Assembly: GCA_964057225.1 (NCBI GenBank)
Contig: OZ059899.1
Location: forward strand, 20,212,001-20,276,000
DNA: 64,000 nucleotides
Source of the DNA: Auanema rhodensis
Lineage: Eukaryota; Animalia; Nematoda
Direction: 5' to 3'
This document shows, piece by piece, positions 40,301 through 55,442 of this stretch; the stretch's first letter is position 1; each line of letters opens with the position of its first letter. The translations under genes and the position numbers were made by a program. The notes below the pieces were generated by a model. The model saw nothing but the letters and a program-made list of their open reading frames with translations, did not search any database and had not been told where the DNA came from.

Positions 40301-43300
40301 TTATTAAATGTACACGTGGTGTGCACTCGGTATGTAACTCGCTTCACGTGAAAGATAAAGAGATGCGGTTTTTAAAATTAGATTCCCCATGTCCATATTA
40401 GTCTGAAAACAATTTTTTACTGATATTGGTGCATGGTAACCATGACTTTGAAATTTACGTGAACTTTAATTTATGCTAATTAAATGTACAAGTGATGTGC
40501 ACTTGGTATGTAACTCGCTTCACGTGAAAGATAAGGAGATGCGGTTTTCACAATTAGATTCCCCATGTCCATATTAGTCTAAAAACAAATTTTTATTGAT
40601 ATTGGTGCATGGTAACCATGACTTTGAAATTTACGTGAACTTCAATTTATGCTAATTAAATGTACACGCGGTGTGCACTTGGTATGTAACTCGCTTCACG
40701 TGAAAGATAAAGAGATGCGGTTTTAAAAATTAGATTCCCCATGTCCATATTAGTCTAAAAACAGTTTTTTACTGATATTGGTGCATGGTAACCATGATTT
40801 TGAAATTTACGTGAACTTTAATTTATGCTAATTAAATGTACACGTGGTGTGCACTCGGTATGTAACTCGCTTCACGTGAAAGATAAAGAGATGCGGTTAA
40901 CAAAATTAGATTTCCTATGTCCATATTAGTCTAAAAACAAATTTTTATTGATATTGGTTCATGGTAACCATGACTTTGAAATTTACGTGAACTTTAATTT
41001 ATGCTAATTAAATGTACACGTGGTGTGCACTCGGTATGTAACTCGCTTCACGTGAAAGATAAAAAGATGCGGTTTTCAAAATTTGATTCCTCATGTCCAT
41101 ATTAGTCTAAAAACTAATTTTTATTGATATTGGTGCATGGTAACCATGACTTTGAAATTTACGTGAACTTTAATTTATGCTAATTAAATGTACACGTGAT
41201 GTGCACTTGGTATGTAACTCGCTTCACGTGAAAGATAAAGAGATGCAGTTCTCAAAATTAGATTCCCCATGTCCATATTAGTCTAGAGACAAATTTTTAT
41301 TGATATTGGTGCATGGTAACCATGACTTTGAAATTTACGTGAACTTTAATTTATGCTAATTAAACGTACACGTGGTGTGCACTCGGTATGTAACTCGCTT
41401 CACGTGAAAGATAAAGAGATGCGGTTTTCAAAATTAGATTCCCCATGTCCATATTAGTCTAAAAACAAATTTTTATTGATATTGGTGCATGGTAACCATG
41501 ACTTTGAAATTTACGTGAACTTTAATTTATGCTAATTAAATGTACACGTGGTGTGCACTCGGTATGTAACTCGCTTCACGTGAAAGATAAAGAGATGCGG
41601 TTATCAAAATTGGATTTCCCATGTCCATATTAGTCTAAAAACAAATTTTTATTGATATTGGTGCATGGTAACCATGACTTTGAATTTTACGTGAACTTTG
41701 ATTTATGCTAATTAAATGTACACGTGATGTGCACTTGGTATGTAACTTGCTTCACGTGAAAGATAAAGAGATGCGGTTTTCAAAATTAGATTCCCCATGT
41801 CCATATTAGTCTTAAAACAAATTTTTATTGATATTGGTGCATGGTAACCATGACTTTGAAATTTACGTGAACTTTAATTTATGCTAATTAAATGTACAAG
41901 TGATGTGCACTTGGTATGTAACTCGCTTCACGTGAAAGATAAGGAGATGCGGTTTTCACAATTAGATTCCCCATGTCCATATTAGTCTAAAAACAAATTT
42001 TTATTGATATTGGTGCATGGTAACCATGACTTTGAAATTTACGTGAACTTCAATTTATGCTAATTAAATGTACACGCGGTGTGCACTTGGTATGTAACTC
42101 GCTTCACGTGAAAGATAAAGAGATGCGGTTTTAAAAATTAGATTCCCCATGTCCATATTAGTCTAAAAACAGTTTTTTACTGATATTGGTGCATGGTAAC
42201 CATGATTTTGAAATTTACGTGAACTTTAATTTATGCTAATTAAATGTACACGTGGTGTGCACTCGGTATGTAACTCGCTTCACGTGAAAGATAAAAAGAT
42301 GCGGTTTTCAAAATTTGATTCCTCATGTCCATATTAGTCTAAAAACAAATTTTTATTGATATTGGTGCATGGTAACCATGACTTTGAAATTTACGTGAAC
42401 TTTAATTTATGCTTATTAAATGTACACGTGGTGTGCACTCGGTATGTAACTCGCTTCACGTGAAAGATAAAGAGATGCGGTTTTTAAAATTAGATTCCCC
42501 ATGTCCATATTAGTCTGAAAACAATTTTTTACTGATATTGGTGCATGGTAACCATGACTTTGAAATTTACGTGAACTTTAATTTATGCTTATTAAATGTA
42601 CACGTGGTGTGCACTCGGTATGTAACTCGCTTCACGTGAAAGATAAAGAGATGCGGTTTTAAAAATTAGATTCCTCATGTCCATATTAGTCTAAAAACAA
42701 ATTTTTATTGATATTGGTGCATGGTAACCATGACTTTGAAATTTACGTGAACTTTAATTTATGCTTATTAAATGTACACGTGGTGTGCACTCGGTATGTA
42801 ACTCGCTTCACGTGAAAGATAAAGAGATGCGGTTTTAAAAATTAGATTCCCCATGTCCATATTAGTCTAAAAACAGTTTTTTACTGATATTGGTGCATGG
42901 TAACCATGATTTTGAAATTTACGTGAACTTTAATTTATGCTAATTAAATGTACACGTGGTGTGCACTCGGTATGTAACTCGCTTCACGTGAAAGATAAAG
43001 AGATGCGGTTAACAAAATTAGATTTCCTATGTCCATATTAGTCTAAAAACAAATTTTTATTGATATTGGTTCATGGTAACCATGACTTTGAAATTTACGT
43101 GAACTTTAATTTATGCTAATTAAATGTACACGTGGTGTGCACTCGGTATGTAACTCGCTTCACGTGAAAGATAAAAAGATGCGGTTTTCAAAATTTGATT
43201 CCTCATGTCCATATTAGTCTAAAAACAAATTTTTATTGATATTGGTGCATGGTAACCATGACTTTGAAATTTACGTGAACTTTAATTTATGCTAATTAAA

Positions 43301-46300
43301 TGTACACGTGATGTGCACTTGGTATGTAACTCACTTCACGTGAAAGATAAAGAGATGCAGTTCTCAAAATTAGATTCCCCATGTCCATATTAGTCTAGAA
43401 ACAAATTTTTATTGATATTGGTGCATGGTAACCATGACTTTGAAATTTACGTGAACTTTAATTTATGCTAATTAAACGTACACGTGGTGTGCACTCGGTA
43501 TGTAACTCGCTTCACGTGAAAGATAAAGAGATGCGGTTTTCAAAATTAGATTCCCCATGTCCATATTAGTCTTAAAACAAATTTTTATTGATATTGGTGC
43601 ATGGTAACCATGACTTTGAAATTTACGTGAACTTTAATTTATGCTAATTAAATGTACACGTGGTGTGCACTCGGTATGTAACTCGCTTCACGTGAAAGAT
43701 AAAAAGATGCGGTTTTCAAAATTTGATTCCTCATGTCCATATTAGTCTAAAAACAAATTTTTATTGATATTGGTGCATGGTAACCATGACTTTGAAATTT
43801 ACGTGAACTTTAATTTATGCTAATTAAATGTACACGTGGTGTGCACTCGGTATGTAACTCGCTTCACGTGAAAGATAAAAAGATGCGGTTTTCAAAATTT
43901 GATTCCTCATGTCCATATTAGTCTAAAAACAAATTTTTATTGATATTGGTGCATGGTAACCATGACTTTGAAATTTACGTGAACTTTAATTTATGCTTAT
44001 TAAATGTACACGTGGTGTGCACTCGGTATGTAACTCGCTTCACGTGAAAGATAAAGAGATGCGGTTTTTAAAATTAGATTCCCCATGTCCATATTAGTCT
44101 GAAAACAATTTTTTACTGATATTCGTGCATGGTAACCATGACTTTGAAATTTACGTGAACTTTAATTTATGCTAATTAAATGTACAAGTGATGTGCACTT
44201 GGTATGTAACTCGCTTCACGTGAAAGATAAGGAGATGCGGTTTTCACAATTAGATTCCCCATGTCCATATTAGTCTAAAAACAAATTTTTATTGATATTG
44301 GTGCATGGTAACCATGACTTTGAAATTTACGTGAACTTTAATTTATGCTAATTAAATGTACAAGTGATGTGCACTTGGTATGTAACTCGCTTCACGTGAA
44401 AGATAAGGAGATGCGGTTTTCACAATTAGATTCCCCATGTCCATATTAGTCTAAAAACAAATTTTTATTGATATTGGTGCATGGTAACCATGACTTTGAA
44501 ATTTACGTGAACTTCAATTTAAGCTAATTAAATGTACACGCGGTGTGCACTTGGTATGTAACTCGCTTCACGTGAAAGATAAAGAGATGCGGTTTTAAAA
44601 ATTAGATTCCCCATGTCCATATTAGTCTAAAAACAGTTTTTTACTGATATTGGTGCATGGTAACCATGATTTTGAAATTTACGTGAACTTTAATTTATGC
44701 TAATTAAATGTACACGTGGTGTGCACTCGGTATGTAACTCGCTTCACGTGAAAGATAAAGAGATGCGGTTAACAAAATTAGATTTCCTATGTCCATATTA
44801 GTCTAAAAACAAATTTTTATTGATATTGGTTCATGGTAACCATGACTTTGAAATTTACGTGAACTTTAATTTATGCTAATTAAATGTACACGTGGTGTGC
44901 ACTCGGTATGTAACTCGCTTCACGTGAAAGATAAAAAGATGCGGTTTTCAAAATTTGATTCCTCATGTCCATATTAGTCTAAAAACAAATTTTTATTGAT
45001 ATTGGTGCATGGTAACCATGACTTTGAAATTTACGTGAACTTTAATTTATGCTAATTAAATGTACACGTGATGTGCACTTGGTATGTAACTCGCTTCACG
45101 TGAAAGATAAAGAGATGCAGTTCTCAAAATTAGATTCCCCATGTCCATATTAGTCTAGAAACAAATTTTTATTGATATTGGTGCATGGTAACCATGACTT
45201 TGAAATTTAAGTGAACTTTAATTTATGCTAATTAAACGTACACGTGGTGTGCACTCGGTATGTAACTCGCTTCACGTGAAAGATAAAGAGATGCGGTTTT
45301 CAAAATTAGATTCCCCATGTCCATATTAGTCTTAAAACAAATTTTTATTGATATTGGTGCATGGTAACCATGACTTTGAAATTTACGTGAACTTTAATTT
45401 ATGCTAATTAAATGTACACGTGGTGTGCACTCGGTATGTAACTCGCTTCACGTGAAAGATAAAAAGATGCGGTTTTCAAAATTTGATTCCTCATGTCCAT
45501 ATTAGTCTAAAAACAAATTTTTATTGATATTGGTGCATGGTAACCATGACTTTGAAATTTACGTGAACTTTAATTTATGCTAATTAAATGTACACGTGGT
45601 GTGCACTCGGTATGTAACTCGCTTCACGTGAAAGATAAAAAGATGCGGTTTTCAAAATTTGATTCCTCATGTCCATATTAGTCTAAAAACAAATTTTTAT
45701 TGATATTGGTGCATGGTAACCATGACTTTGAAATTTACGTGAACTTTAATTTATGCTTATTAAATGTACACGTGGTGTGCACTTGGTATGTAACTCGCTT
45801 CACGTGAAAGATAAAGAGATGCGGTTTTTAAAATTAGATTCCCCATGTCCATATTAGTCTGAAAACAATTTTTTACTGATATTGGTGCATGGTAACCATG
45901 ACTTTGAAATTTACGTGAACTTTAATTTATGCTAATTAAATGTACAAGTGATGTGCACTTGGTATGTAACTCGCTTCACGTGAAAGATAAGGAGATGCGG
46001 TTTTCACAATTAGATTCCCCATGTCCATATTAGTCTAAAAACAAATTTTTATTGATATTGGTGCATGGTAACCATGACTTTGAAATTTACGTGAACTTCA
46101 ATTTATGCTAATTAAATGTACACGCGGTGTGCACTTGGTATGTAACTCGCTTCACGTGAAAGATAAAGAGATGCGGTTTTAAAAATTAGATTCCCCATGT
46201 CCATATTAGTCTAAAAACAGTTTTTTACTGATATTGGTGCATGGTAACCATGATTTTGAAATTTACGTGAACTTTAATTTATGCTAATTAAATGTACACG

Positions 46301-49300
46301 TGGTGTGCACTCGGTATGTAACTCGCTTCACGTGAAAGATAAAGAGATGCGGTTAACAAAATTAGATTTCCTATGTCCATATTAGTCTAAAAACAAATTT
46401 TTATTGATATTGGTTCATGGTAACCATGACTTTGAAATTTACGTGAACTTTAATTTATGCTAATTAAATGTACACGTGGTGTGCACTCGGTATGTAACTC
46501 GCTTCACGTGAAAGATAAAAAGATGCGGTTTTCAAAATTTGATTCCTCATGTCCATATTAGTCTAAAAACAAATTTTTATTGATATTGGTGCATGGTAAC
46601 CATGACTTTGAAATTTACGTGAACTTTAATTTATGCTAATTAAATGTACACGTGATGTGCACTTGGTATGTAACTCGCTTCACGTGAAAGATAAAGAGAT
46701 GCAGTTCTCAAAATTAGATTCCCCATGTCCATATTAGTCTAGAAACAAATTTTTATTGATATTGGTGCATGGTAACCATGACTTTGAAATTTACGTGAAC
46801 TTTAATTTATGCTAATTAAACGTACACGTGGTGTGCACTCGGTATGTAACTCGCTTCACGTGAAAGGTAAAGAGATGCGGTTTTCAAAATTAGATTCCCC
46901 ATGTCCATATTAGTCTAAAAACAAATTTTTATTGATATTGGTGCATGGTAACCATGACTTTGAAATTTACGTGAACTTTAATTTATGCTAATTAAATGTA
47001 CACGTGGTGTGCACTCGGTATGTAACTCGCTTCACGTGAAAGATAAAGAGATGCGGTTTTCAAAATTAGATTCCCCATGTCCATATTAGTCTTAAAACAA
47101 ATTTTTATTGATATTGGTGCATGGTAACCATGACTTTGAAATTTACGTGAACTTTAATTTATGCTAATTAAATGTACACGTGGTGTGCACTCGGTATGTA
47201 ACTCGCTTCACGTGAAAGATAAAAAGATGCGGTTTTCAAAATTTGATTCCTCATGTCCATATTAGTCTAAAAACAAATTTTTATTGATATTGGTGCATGG
47301 TAACCATGACTTTGAAATTTACGTGAACTTTAATTTATGCTAATTAAATGTACACGTGGTGTGCACTCGGTATGTAACTCGCTTCACGTGAAAGATAAAA
47401 AGATGCGGTTTTCAAAATTAGATTCCCCATGTCCATGTTAGTCTTAAAACAAATTTTTATTGATATTGGTGCATGGTAACCATGACTTTGAAATTTACGT
47501 GAACTTTAATTTATGCTAATTAAATGTACACGTGGTGTGCACTCGGTATGTAACTCGCTTCACGTGAAAGATAAAAAGATGCGGTTTTCAAAATTTGATT
47601 CCTCATGTCCATATTAGTCTAAAAACAAATTTTTATTGATATTGGTGCATGGTAACCATGACTTTGAAATTTACGTGAACTTTAATTTATGCTAATTAAA
47701 TGTACACGTGGTGTGCACTCGGTATGTAACTCGCTTCACGTGAAAGATAAAAAGATGCGGTTTTCAAAATTTGATTCCTCATGTCCATATTAGTCTAAAA
47801 ACAAATTTTTATTGATATTGGTGCATGGTAACCATGACTTTGAAATTTACGTGAACTTTAATTTATGCTTATTAAATGTACACGTGGTGTGCACTCGGTA
47901 TGTAACTCGCTTCACGTGAAAGATAAAGAGATGCGGTTTTTAAAATTAGATTCCCCATGTCCATATTAGTCTGAAAACAATTTTTTACTGATATTGGTGC
48001 ATGGTAACCATGACTTTGAAATTTACGTGAACTTTAATTTATGCTAATTAAATGTACAAGTGATGTGCACTTGGTATGTAACTCGCTTCACGTGAAAGAT
48101 AAGGAGATGCGGTTTTCACAATTAGATTCCCCATGTCCATATTAGTCTAAAAACAAATTTTTATTGATATTGGTGCATGGTAACCATGACTTTGAAATTT
48201 ACGTGAACTTCAATTTATGCTAATTAAATGTACACGCGGTGTGCACTTGGTATGTAACTCGCTTCACGTGAAAGATAAAGAGATGCGGTTTTAAAAATTA
48301 GATTCCCCATGTCCATATTAGTCTAAAAACAGTTTTTTACTGATATTGGTGCATGGTAACCATGATTTTGAAATTTACGTGAACTTTAATTTATGCTAAT
48401 TAAATGTACACGTGGTGTGCACTCGGTATGTAACTCGCTTCACGTGAAAGATAAAGAGATGCGGTTAACAAAATTAGATTTCCTATGTCCATATTAGTCT
48501 AAAAACAAATTTTTATTGATATTGGTTCATGGTAACCATGACTTTGAAATTTACGTGAACTTTAATTTATGCTAATTAAATGTACACGTGGTGTGCACTC
48601 GGTATGTAACTCGCTTCACGTGAAAGATAAAAAGATGCGGTTTTCAAAATTTGATTCCTCATGTCCATATTAGTCTAAAAACAAATTTTTATTGATATTG
48701 GTGCATGGTAACCATGACTTTGAAATTTACGTGAACTTTAATTTATGCTTATTAAATGTACACGTGGTGTGCACTCGGTATGTAACTCGCTTCACGTGAA
48801 AGATAAAGAGATGCGGTTTTTAAAATTAGATTCCCCATGTCCATATTAGTCTGAAAACAATTTTTTACTGATATTGGTGCATGGTAACCATGACTTTGAA
48901 ATTTACGTGAACTTTAATTTATGCTAATTAAATGTACAAGTGATGTGCACTTGGTATGTAACTCGCTTCACGTGAAAGATAAGGAGATGCGGTTTTCACA
49001 ATTAGATTCCCCATGTCCATATTAGTCTAAAAACAAATTTTTATTGATATTGGTGCATGGTAACCATGACTTTGAAATTTACGTGAACTTCAATTTATGC
49101 TAATTAAATGTACACGCGGTGTGCACTTGGTATGTAACTCGCTTCACGTGAAAGATAAAGAGATGCGGTTTTAAAAATTAGATTCCCCATGTCCATATTA
49201 GTCTAAAAACAGTTTTTTACTGATATTGGTGCATGGTAACCATGATTTTGAAATTTACGTGAACTTTAATTTATGCTAATTAAATGTACACGTGGTGTGC

Positions 49301-52300
49301 ACTCGGTATGTAACTCGCTTCACGTGAAAGATAAAGAGATGCGGTTAACAAAATTAGATTTCCTATGTCCATATTAGTCTAAAAACAAATTTTTATTGAT
49401 ATTGGTTCATGGTAACCATGACTTTGAAATTTACGTGAACTTTAATTTATGCTAATTAAATGTACACGTGGTGTGCACTCGGTATGTAACTCGCTTCACG
49501 TGAAAGATAAAAAGATGCGGTTTTCAAAATTTGATTCCTCATGTCCATATTAGTCTAAAAACAAATTTTTATTGATATTGGTGCATGGTAACCATGACTT
49601 TGAAATTTACGTGAACTTTAATTTATGCTAATTAAACGTACACGTGGTGTGCACTCGGTATGTAACTCGCTTCACGTGAAAGGTAAAGAGATGCGGTTTT
49701 CAAAATTAGATTCCCCATGTCCATATTAGTCTAAAAACAAATTTTTATTGATATTGGTGCATGGTAACCATGACTTTGAAATTTACGTGAACTTTAATTT
49801 ATGCTAATTAAATGTACACGTGGTGTGCACTCGGTATGTAACTCGCTTCACGTGAAAGATAAAGAGATGCGGTTTTCAAAATTAGATTCCCCATGTCCAT
49901 ATTAGTCTAAAAACAAATTTTTATTGATATTGGTGCATGGTAACCATGACTTTGAAATTTACGTGAACTTTAATTTATGCTAATTAAATGTACACGTGGT
50001 GTGCACTCGGTATGTAACTCGCTTCACGTGAAAGATAAAGAGATGCGGTTATCAAAATTGGATTTCCCATGTCCATATTAGTCTAAAAACAAATTTTTAT
50101 TGATATTGGTGCATGGTAACCATGACTTTGAATTTTACGTGAACTTTGATTTATGCTAATTAAATGTACACGTGATGTGCACTTGGTATGTAACTTGCTT
50201 CACGTGAAAGATAAAGAGATGCGGTTTTCAAAATTAGATTCCCCATGTCCATATTAGTCTTAAAACAAATTTTTATTGATATTGGTGCATGGTAACCATG
50301 ACTTTGAAATTTACGTGAACTTTAATTTATGCTAATTAAATGTACAAGTGATGTGCACTTGGTATGTAACTCGCTTCACGTGAAAGATAAGGAGATGCGG
50401 TTTTCACAATTAGATTCCCCATGTCCATATTAGTCTAAAAACAAATTTTTATTGATATTGGTGCATGGTAACCATGACTTTGAAATTTACGTGAACTTCA
50501 ATTTATGCTAATTAAATGTACACGCGGTGTGCACTTGGTATGTAACTCGCTTCACGTGAAAGATAAAGAGATGCGGTTTTAAAAATTAGATTCCCCATGT
50601 CCATATTAGTCTAAAAACAGTTTTTTACTGATATTGGTGCATGGTAACCATGATTTTGAAATTTACGTGAACTTTAATTTATGCTAATTAAATGTACACG
50701 TGGTGTGCACTCGGTATGTAACTCGCTTCACGTGAAAGATAAAAAGATGCGGTTTTCAAAATTTGATTCCTCATGTCCATATTAGTCTAAAAACAAATTT
50801 TTATTGATATTGGTGCATGGTAACCATGACTTTGAAATTTACGTGAACTTTAATTTATGCTTATTAAATGTACACGTGGTGTGCACTCGGTATGTAACTC
50901 GCTTCACGTGAAAGATAAAGAGATGCGGTTTTTAAAATTAGATTCCCCATGTCCATATTAGTCTGAAAACAATTTTTTACTGATATTGGTGCATGGTAAC
51001 CATGACTTTGAAATTTACGTGAACTTTAATTTATGCTAATTAAATGTACAAGTGATGTGCACTTGGTATGTAACTCGCTTCACGTGAAAGATAAGGAGAT
51101 GCGGTTTTCACAATTAGATTCCCCATGTCCATATTAGTCTAAAAACAAATTTTTATTGATATTGGTGCATGGTAACCATGACTTTGAAATTTACGTGAAC
51201 TTCAATTTAAGCTAATTAAATGTACACGCGGTGTGCACTTGGTATGTAACTCGCTTCACGTGAAAGATAAAGAGATGCGGTTTTAAAAATTAGATTCCCC
51301 ATGTCCATATTAGTCTAAAAACAGTTTTTTACTGATATTGGTGCATGGTAACCATGATTTTGAAATTTACGTGAACTTTAATTTATGCTAATTAAATGTA
51401 CACGTGGTGTGCACTCGGTATGTAACTCGCTTCACGTGAAAGATAAAGAGATGCGGTTAACAAAATTAGATTTCCTATGTCCATATTAGTCTAAAAACAA
51501 ATTTTTATTGATATTGGTTCATGGTAACCATGACTTTGAAATTTACGTGAACTTTAATTTATGCTAATTAAATGTACACGTGGTGTGCACTCGGTATGTA
51601 ACTCGCTTCACGTGAAAGATAAAAAGATGCGGTTTTCAAAATTTGATTCCTCATGTCCATATTAGTCTAAAAACAAATTTTTATTGATATTGGTGCATGG
51701 TAACCATGACTTTGAAATTTACGTGAACTTTAATTTATGCTAATTAAATGTACACGTGATGTGCACTTGGTATGTAACTCGCTTCACGTGAAAGATAAAG
51801 AGATGCAGTTCTCAAAATTAGATTCCCCATGTCCATATTAGTCTAGAAACAAATTTTTATTGATATTGGTGCATGGTAACCATGACTTTGAAATTTAAGT
51901 GAACTTTAATTTATGCTAATTAAACGTACACGTGGTGTGCACTCGGTATGTAACTCGCTTCACGTGAAAGATAAAGAGATGCGGTTTTCAAAATTAGATT
52001 CCCCATGTCCATATTAGTCTTAAAACAAATTTTTATTGATATTGGTGCATGGTAACCATGACTTTGAAATTTACGTGAACTTTAATTTATGCTAATTAAA
52101 TGTACACGTGGTGTGCACTCGGTATGTAACTCGCTTCACGTGAAAGATAAAAAGATGCGGTTTTCAAAATTTGATTCCTCATGTCCATATTAGTCTAAAA
52201 ACAAATTTTTATTGATATTGGTGCATGGTAACCATGACTTTGAAATTTACGTGAACTTTAATTTATGCTAATTAAATGTACACGTGGTGTGCACTCGGTA

Positions 52301-54562
52301 TGTAACTCGCTTCACGTGAAAGATAAAAAGATGCGGTTTTCAAAATTTGATTCCTCATGTCCATATTAGTCTAAAAACAAATTTTTATTGATATTGGTGC
52401 ATGGTAACCATGACTTTGAAATTTACGTGAACTTTAATTTATGCTTATTAAATGTACACGTGGTGTGCACTCGGTATGTAACTCGCTTCACGTGAAAGAT
52501 AAAGAGATGCGGTTTTTAAAATTAGATTCCCCATGTCCATATTAGTCTGAAAACAATTTTTTACTGATATTGGTGCATGGTAACCATGACTTTGAAATTT
52601 ACGTGAACTTTAATTTATGCTAATTAAATGTACAAGTGATGTGCACTTGGTATGTAACTCGCTTCACGTGAAAGATAAGGAGATGCGGTTTTCACAATTA
52701 GATTCCCCATGTCCATATTAGTCTAAAAACAAATTTTTATTGATATTGGTGCATGGTAACCATGACTTTGAAATTTACGTGAACTTTAATTTATGCTAAT
52801 TAAATGTACACGCGGTGTGCACTTGGTATGTAACTCGCTTCACGTGAAAGATAAAGAGATGCGGTTTTAAAAATTAGATTCCCCATGTCCATATTAGTCT
52901 AAAAACAGTTTTTTACTGATATTGGTGCATGGTAACCATGATTTTGAAATTTACGTGAACTTTAATTTATGCTAATTAAATGTACACGTGGTGTGCACTC
53001 GGTATGTAACTCGCTTCACGTGAAAGATAAAGAGATGCGGTTAACAAAATTAGATTTCCTATGTCCATATTAGTCTAAAAACAAATTTTTATTGATATTG
53101 GTTCATGGTAACCATGACTTTGAAATTTACGTGAACTTTAATTTATGCTAATTAAATGTACACGTGGTGTGCACTCGGTATGTAACTCGCTTCACGTGAA
53201 AGATAAAAAGATGCGGTTTTCAAAATTTGATTCCTCATGTCCATATTAGTCTAAAAACAAATTTTTATTGATATTGGTGCATGGTAACCATGACTTTGAA
53301 ATTTACGTGAACTTTAATTTATGCTAATTAAATGTACACGTGATGTGCACTTGGTATGTAACTCGCTTCACGTGAAAGATAAAGAGATGCAGTTCTCAAA
53401 ATTAGATTCCCCATGTCCATATTAGTCTAGAAACGAATTTTTATTGATATTGGTGCATGGTAACCATGACTTTGAAATTTACGTGAACTTTAATTTATGC
53501 TAATTAAACGTACACGTGGTGTGCACTCGGTATGTAACTCGCTTCACGTGAAAGGTAAAGAGATGCGGTTTTCAAAATTAGATTCCCCATGTCCATATTA
53601 GTCTAAAAACAAATTTTTATTGATATTGGTGCATGGTAACCATGACTTTGAAATTTACGTGAACTTTAATTTATGCTAATTAAATGTACACGTGGTGTGC
53701 ACTCGGTATGTAACTCGCTTCACGTGAAAGATAAAGAGATGCGGTTATCAAAATTGGATTTCCCCTGTCCATATTAGTCTAAAAACAAATTTTTATTGAT
53801 ATTGGTGCATGGTAACCATGACTTTGAATTTTACGTGAACTTTGATTTATGCTAATTAAATGTACACGTGATGTGCACTTGGTATGTAACTTGCTTCACG
53901 TGAAAGATAAAGAGATGCGGTTTTCAAAATTAGATTCCCCATGTCCATATTAGTCTTAAAACAAATTTTTATTGATATTGGTGCATGGTAACCATGACTT
54001 TGAAATTTACGTGAACTTTAATTTATGCTAATTAAATGTACAAGTGATGTGCACTTGGTATGTAACTCGCTTCACGTGAAAGATAAGGAGATGCGGTTTT
54101 CACAATTAGATTCCCCATGTCCATATTAGTCTAAAAACAAATTTTTTTTGATATTGGTGCATGGTAACCATGACTTTGAAATTTACGTGAACTTCAATTT
54201 ATGCTAATTAAATGTACACGCGGTGTGCACTTGGTATGTAACTCGCTTCACGTGAAAGATAAAGAGATGCGGTTTTAAAAATTAGATTCCCCATGTCCAT
54301 ATTAGTCTAAAAACAGTTTTTTACTGATATTGGTGCATGGTAACCATGATTTTGAAATTTACGTGAACTTTAATTTATGCTAATTAAATGTACACGTGGT
54401 GTGCACTCGGTATGTAACTCGCTTCACGTGAAAGATAAAGAGATGCGGTTAACAAAATTAGATTTCCTATGTCCATATTAGTCTAAAAACAAATTTTTAT
54501 TGATATTGGTTCATGGTAACCATGACTTTGAAATTTACGTGAACTTTAATTTATGCTAATTA
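37315..54562. repeat. Variable-length higher-order repeat with core F-A-B-C-D-E-(x)-D-D
   Basis: The F monomer (GTCTGAAAAC, always preceded by GCTTATTA) starts at 37667, 39075, 40307, 42419, 44003, 45763, 47875, 48755, 50867 and 52451, usually followed by A-B-C-D. The pattern resumes at 60547 and 62659. Confidence 0.85.
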
Positions 54563-55442
54563 AATGTACACGTGATGTGCACTTGGTATGTAACTCGCTT
54601 CACGTGAAAGATAAAGAGATGCAGTTCTCAAAATTAGATTCCCCATGTCCATATTAGTCTAGAAACAAATTTTTATTGATATTGGTGCATGGTAACCATG
54701 ACTTTGAAATTTACGTGAACTTTAATTTATGCTAATTAAATGTACACGTGATGTGCACTTGGTATGTAACTTGCTTCACGTGAAAGATAAAGAGATGCGG
54801 TTTTCAAAATTAGATTCCCCATGTCCATATTAGTCTTAAAACAAATTTTCATTGATATTGGTGCATGGTAACCATGACTTTGAAATTTACGTGAACTTTA
54901 ATTTATGCTAATTAAATGTACACGTGATGTGCACTTGGTATGTAACTCGCTTCACGTGAAAGATAAAGAGATGCAGTTCTCAAAATTAGATTCCCCATGT
55001 CCATATTAGTCTAAAAACAAATTTTTATTGATATTGGTGCATGGTAACCATGACTTTGAAATTTACGTGAACTTTAATTTATGCTAATTAAATGTACACG
55101 TGATGTGCACTTGGTATGTAACTTGCTTCACGTGAAAGATAAAGAGATGCGGTTTTCAAAATTAGATTCCCCATGTCCATATTAGTCTTAAAACAAATTT
55201 TCATTGATATTGGTGCATGGTAACCATGACTTTGAAATTTACGTGAACTTTAATTTATGCTAATTAAATGTACACGTGATGTGCACTTGGTATGTAACTC
55301 GCTTCACGTGAAAGATAAAGAGATGCAGTTCTCAAAATTAGATTCCCCATGTCCATATTAGTCTAAAAACAAATTTTTATTGATATTGGTGCATGGTAAC
55401 CATGATTTTGAAATTTACGTGAACTTTAATTTATGCTAATTA

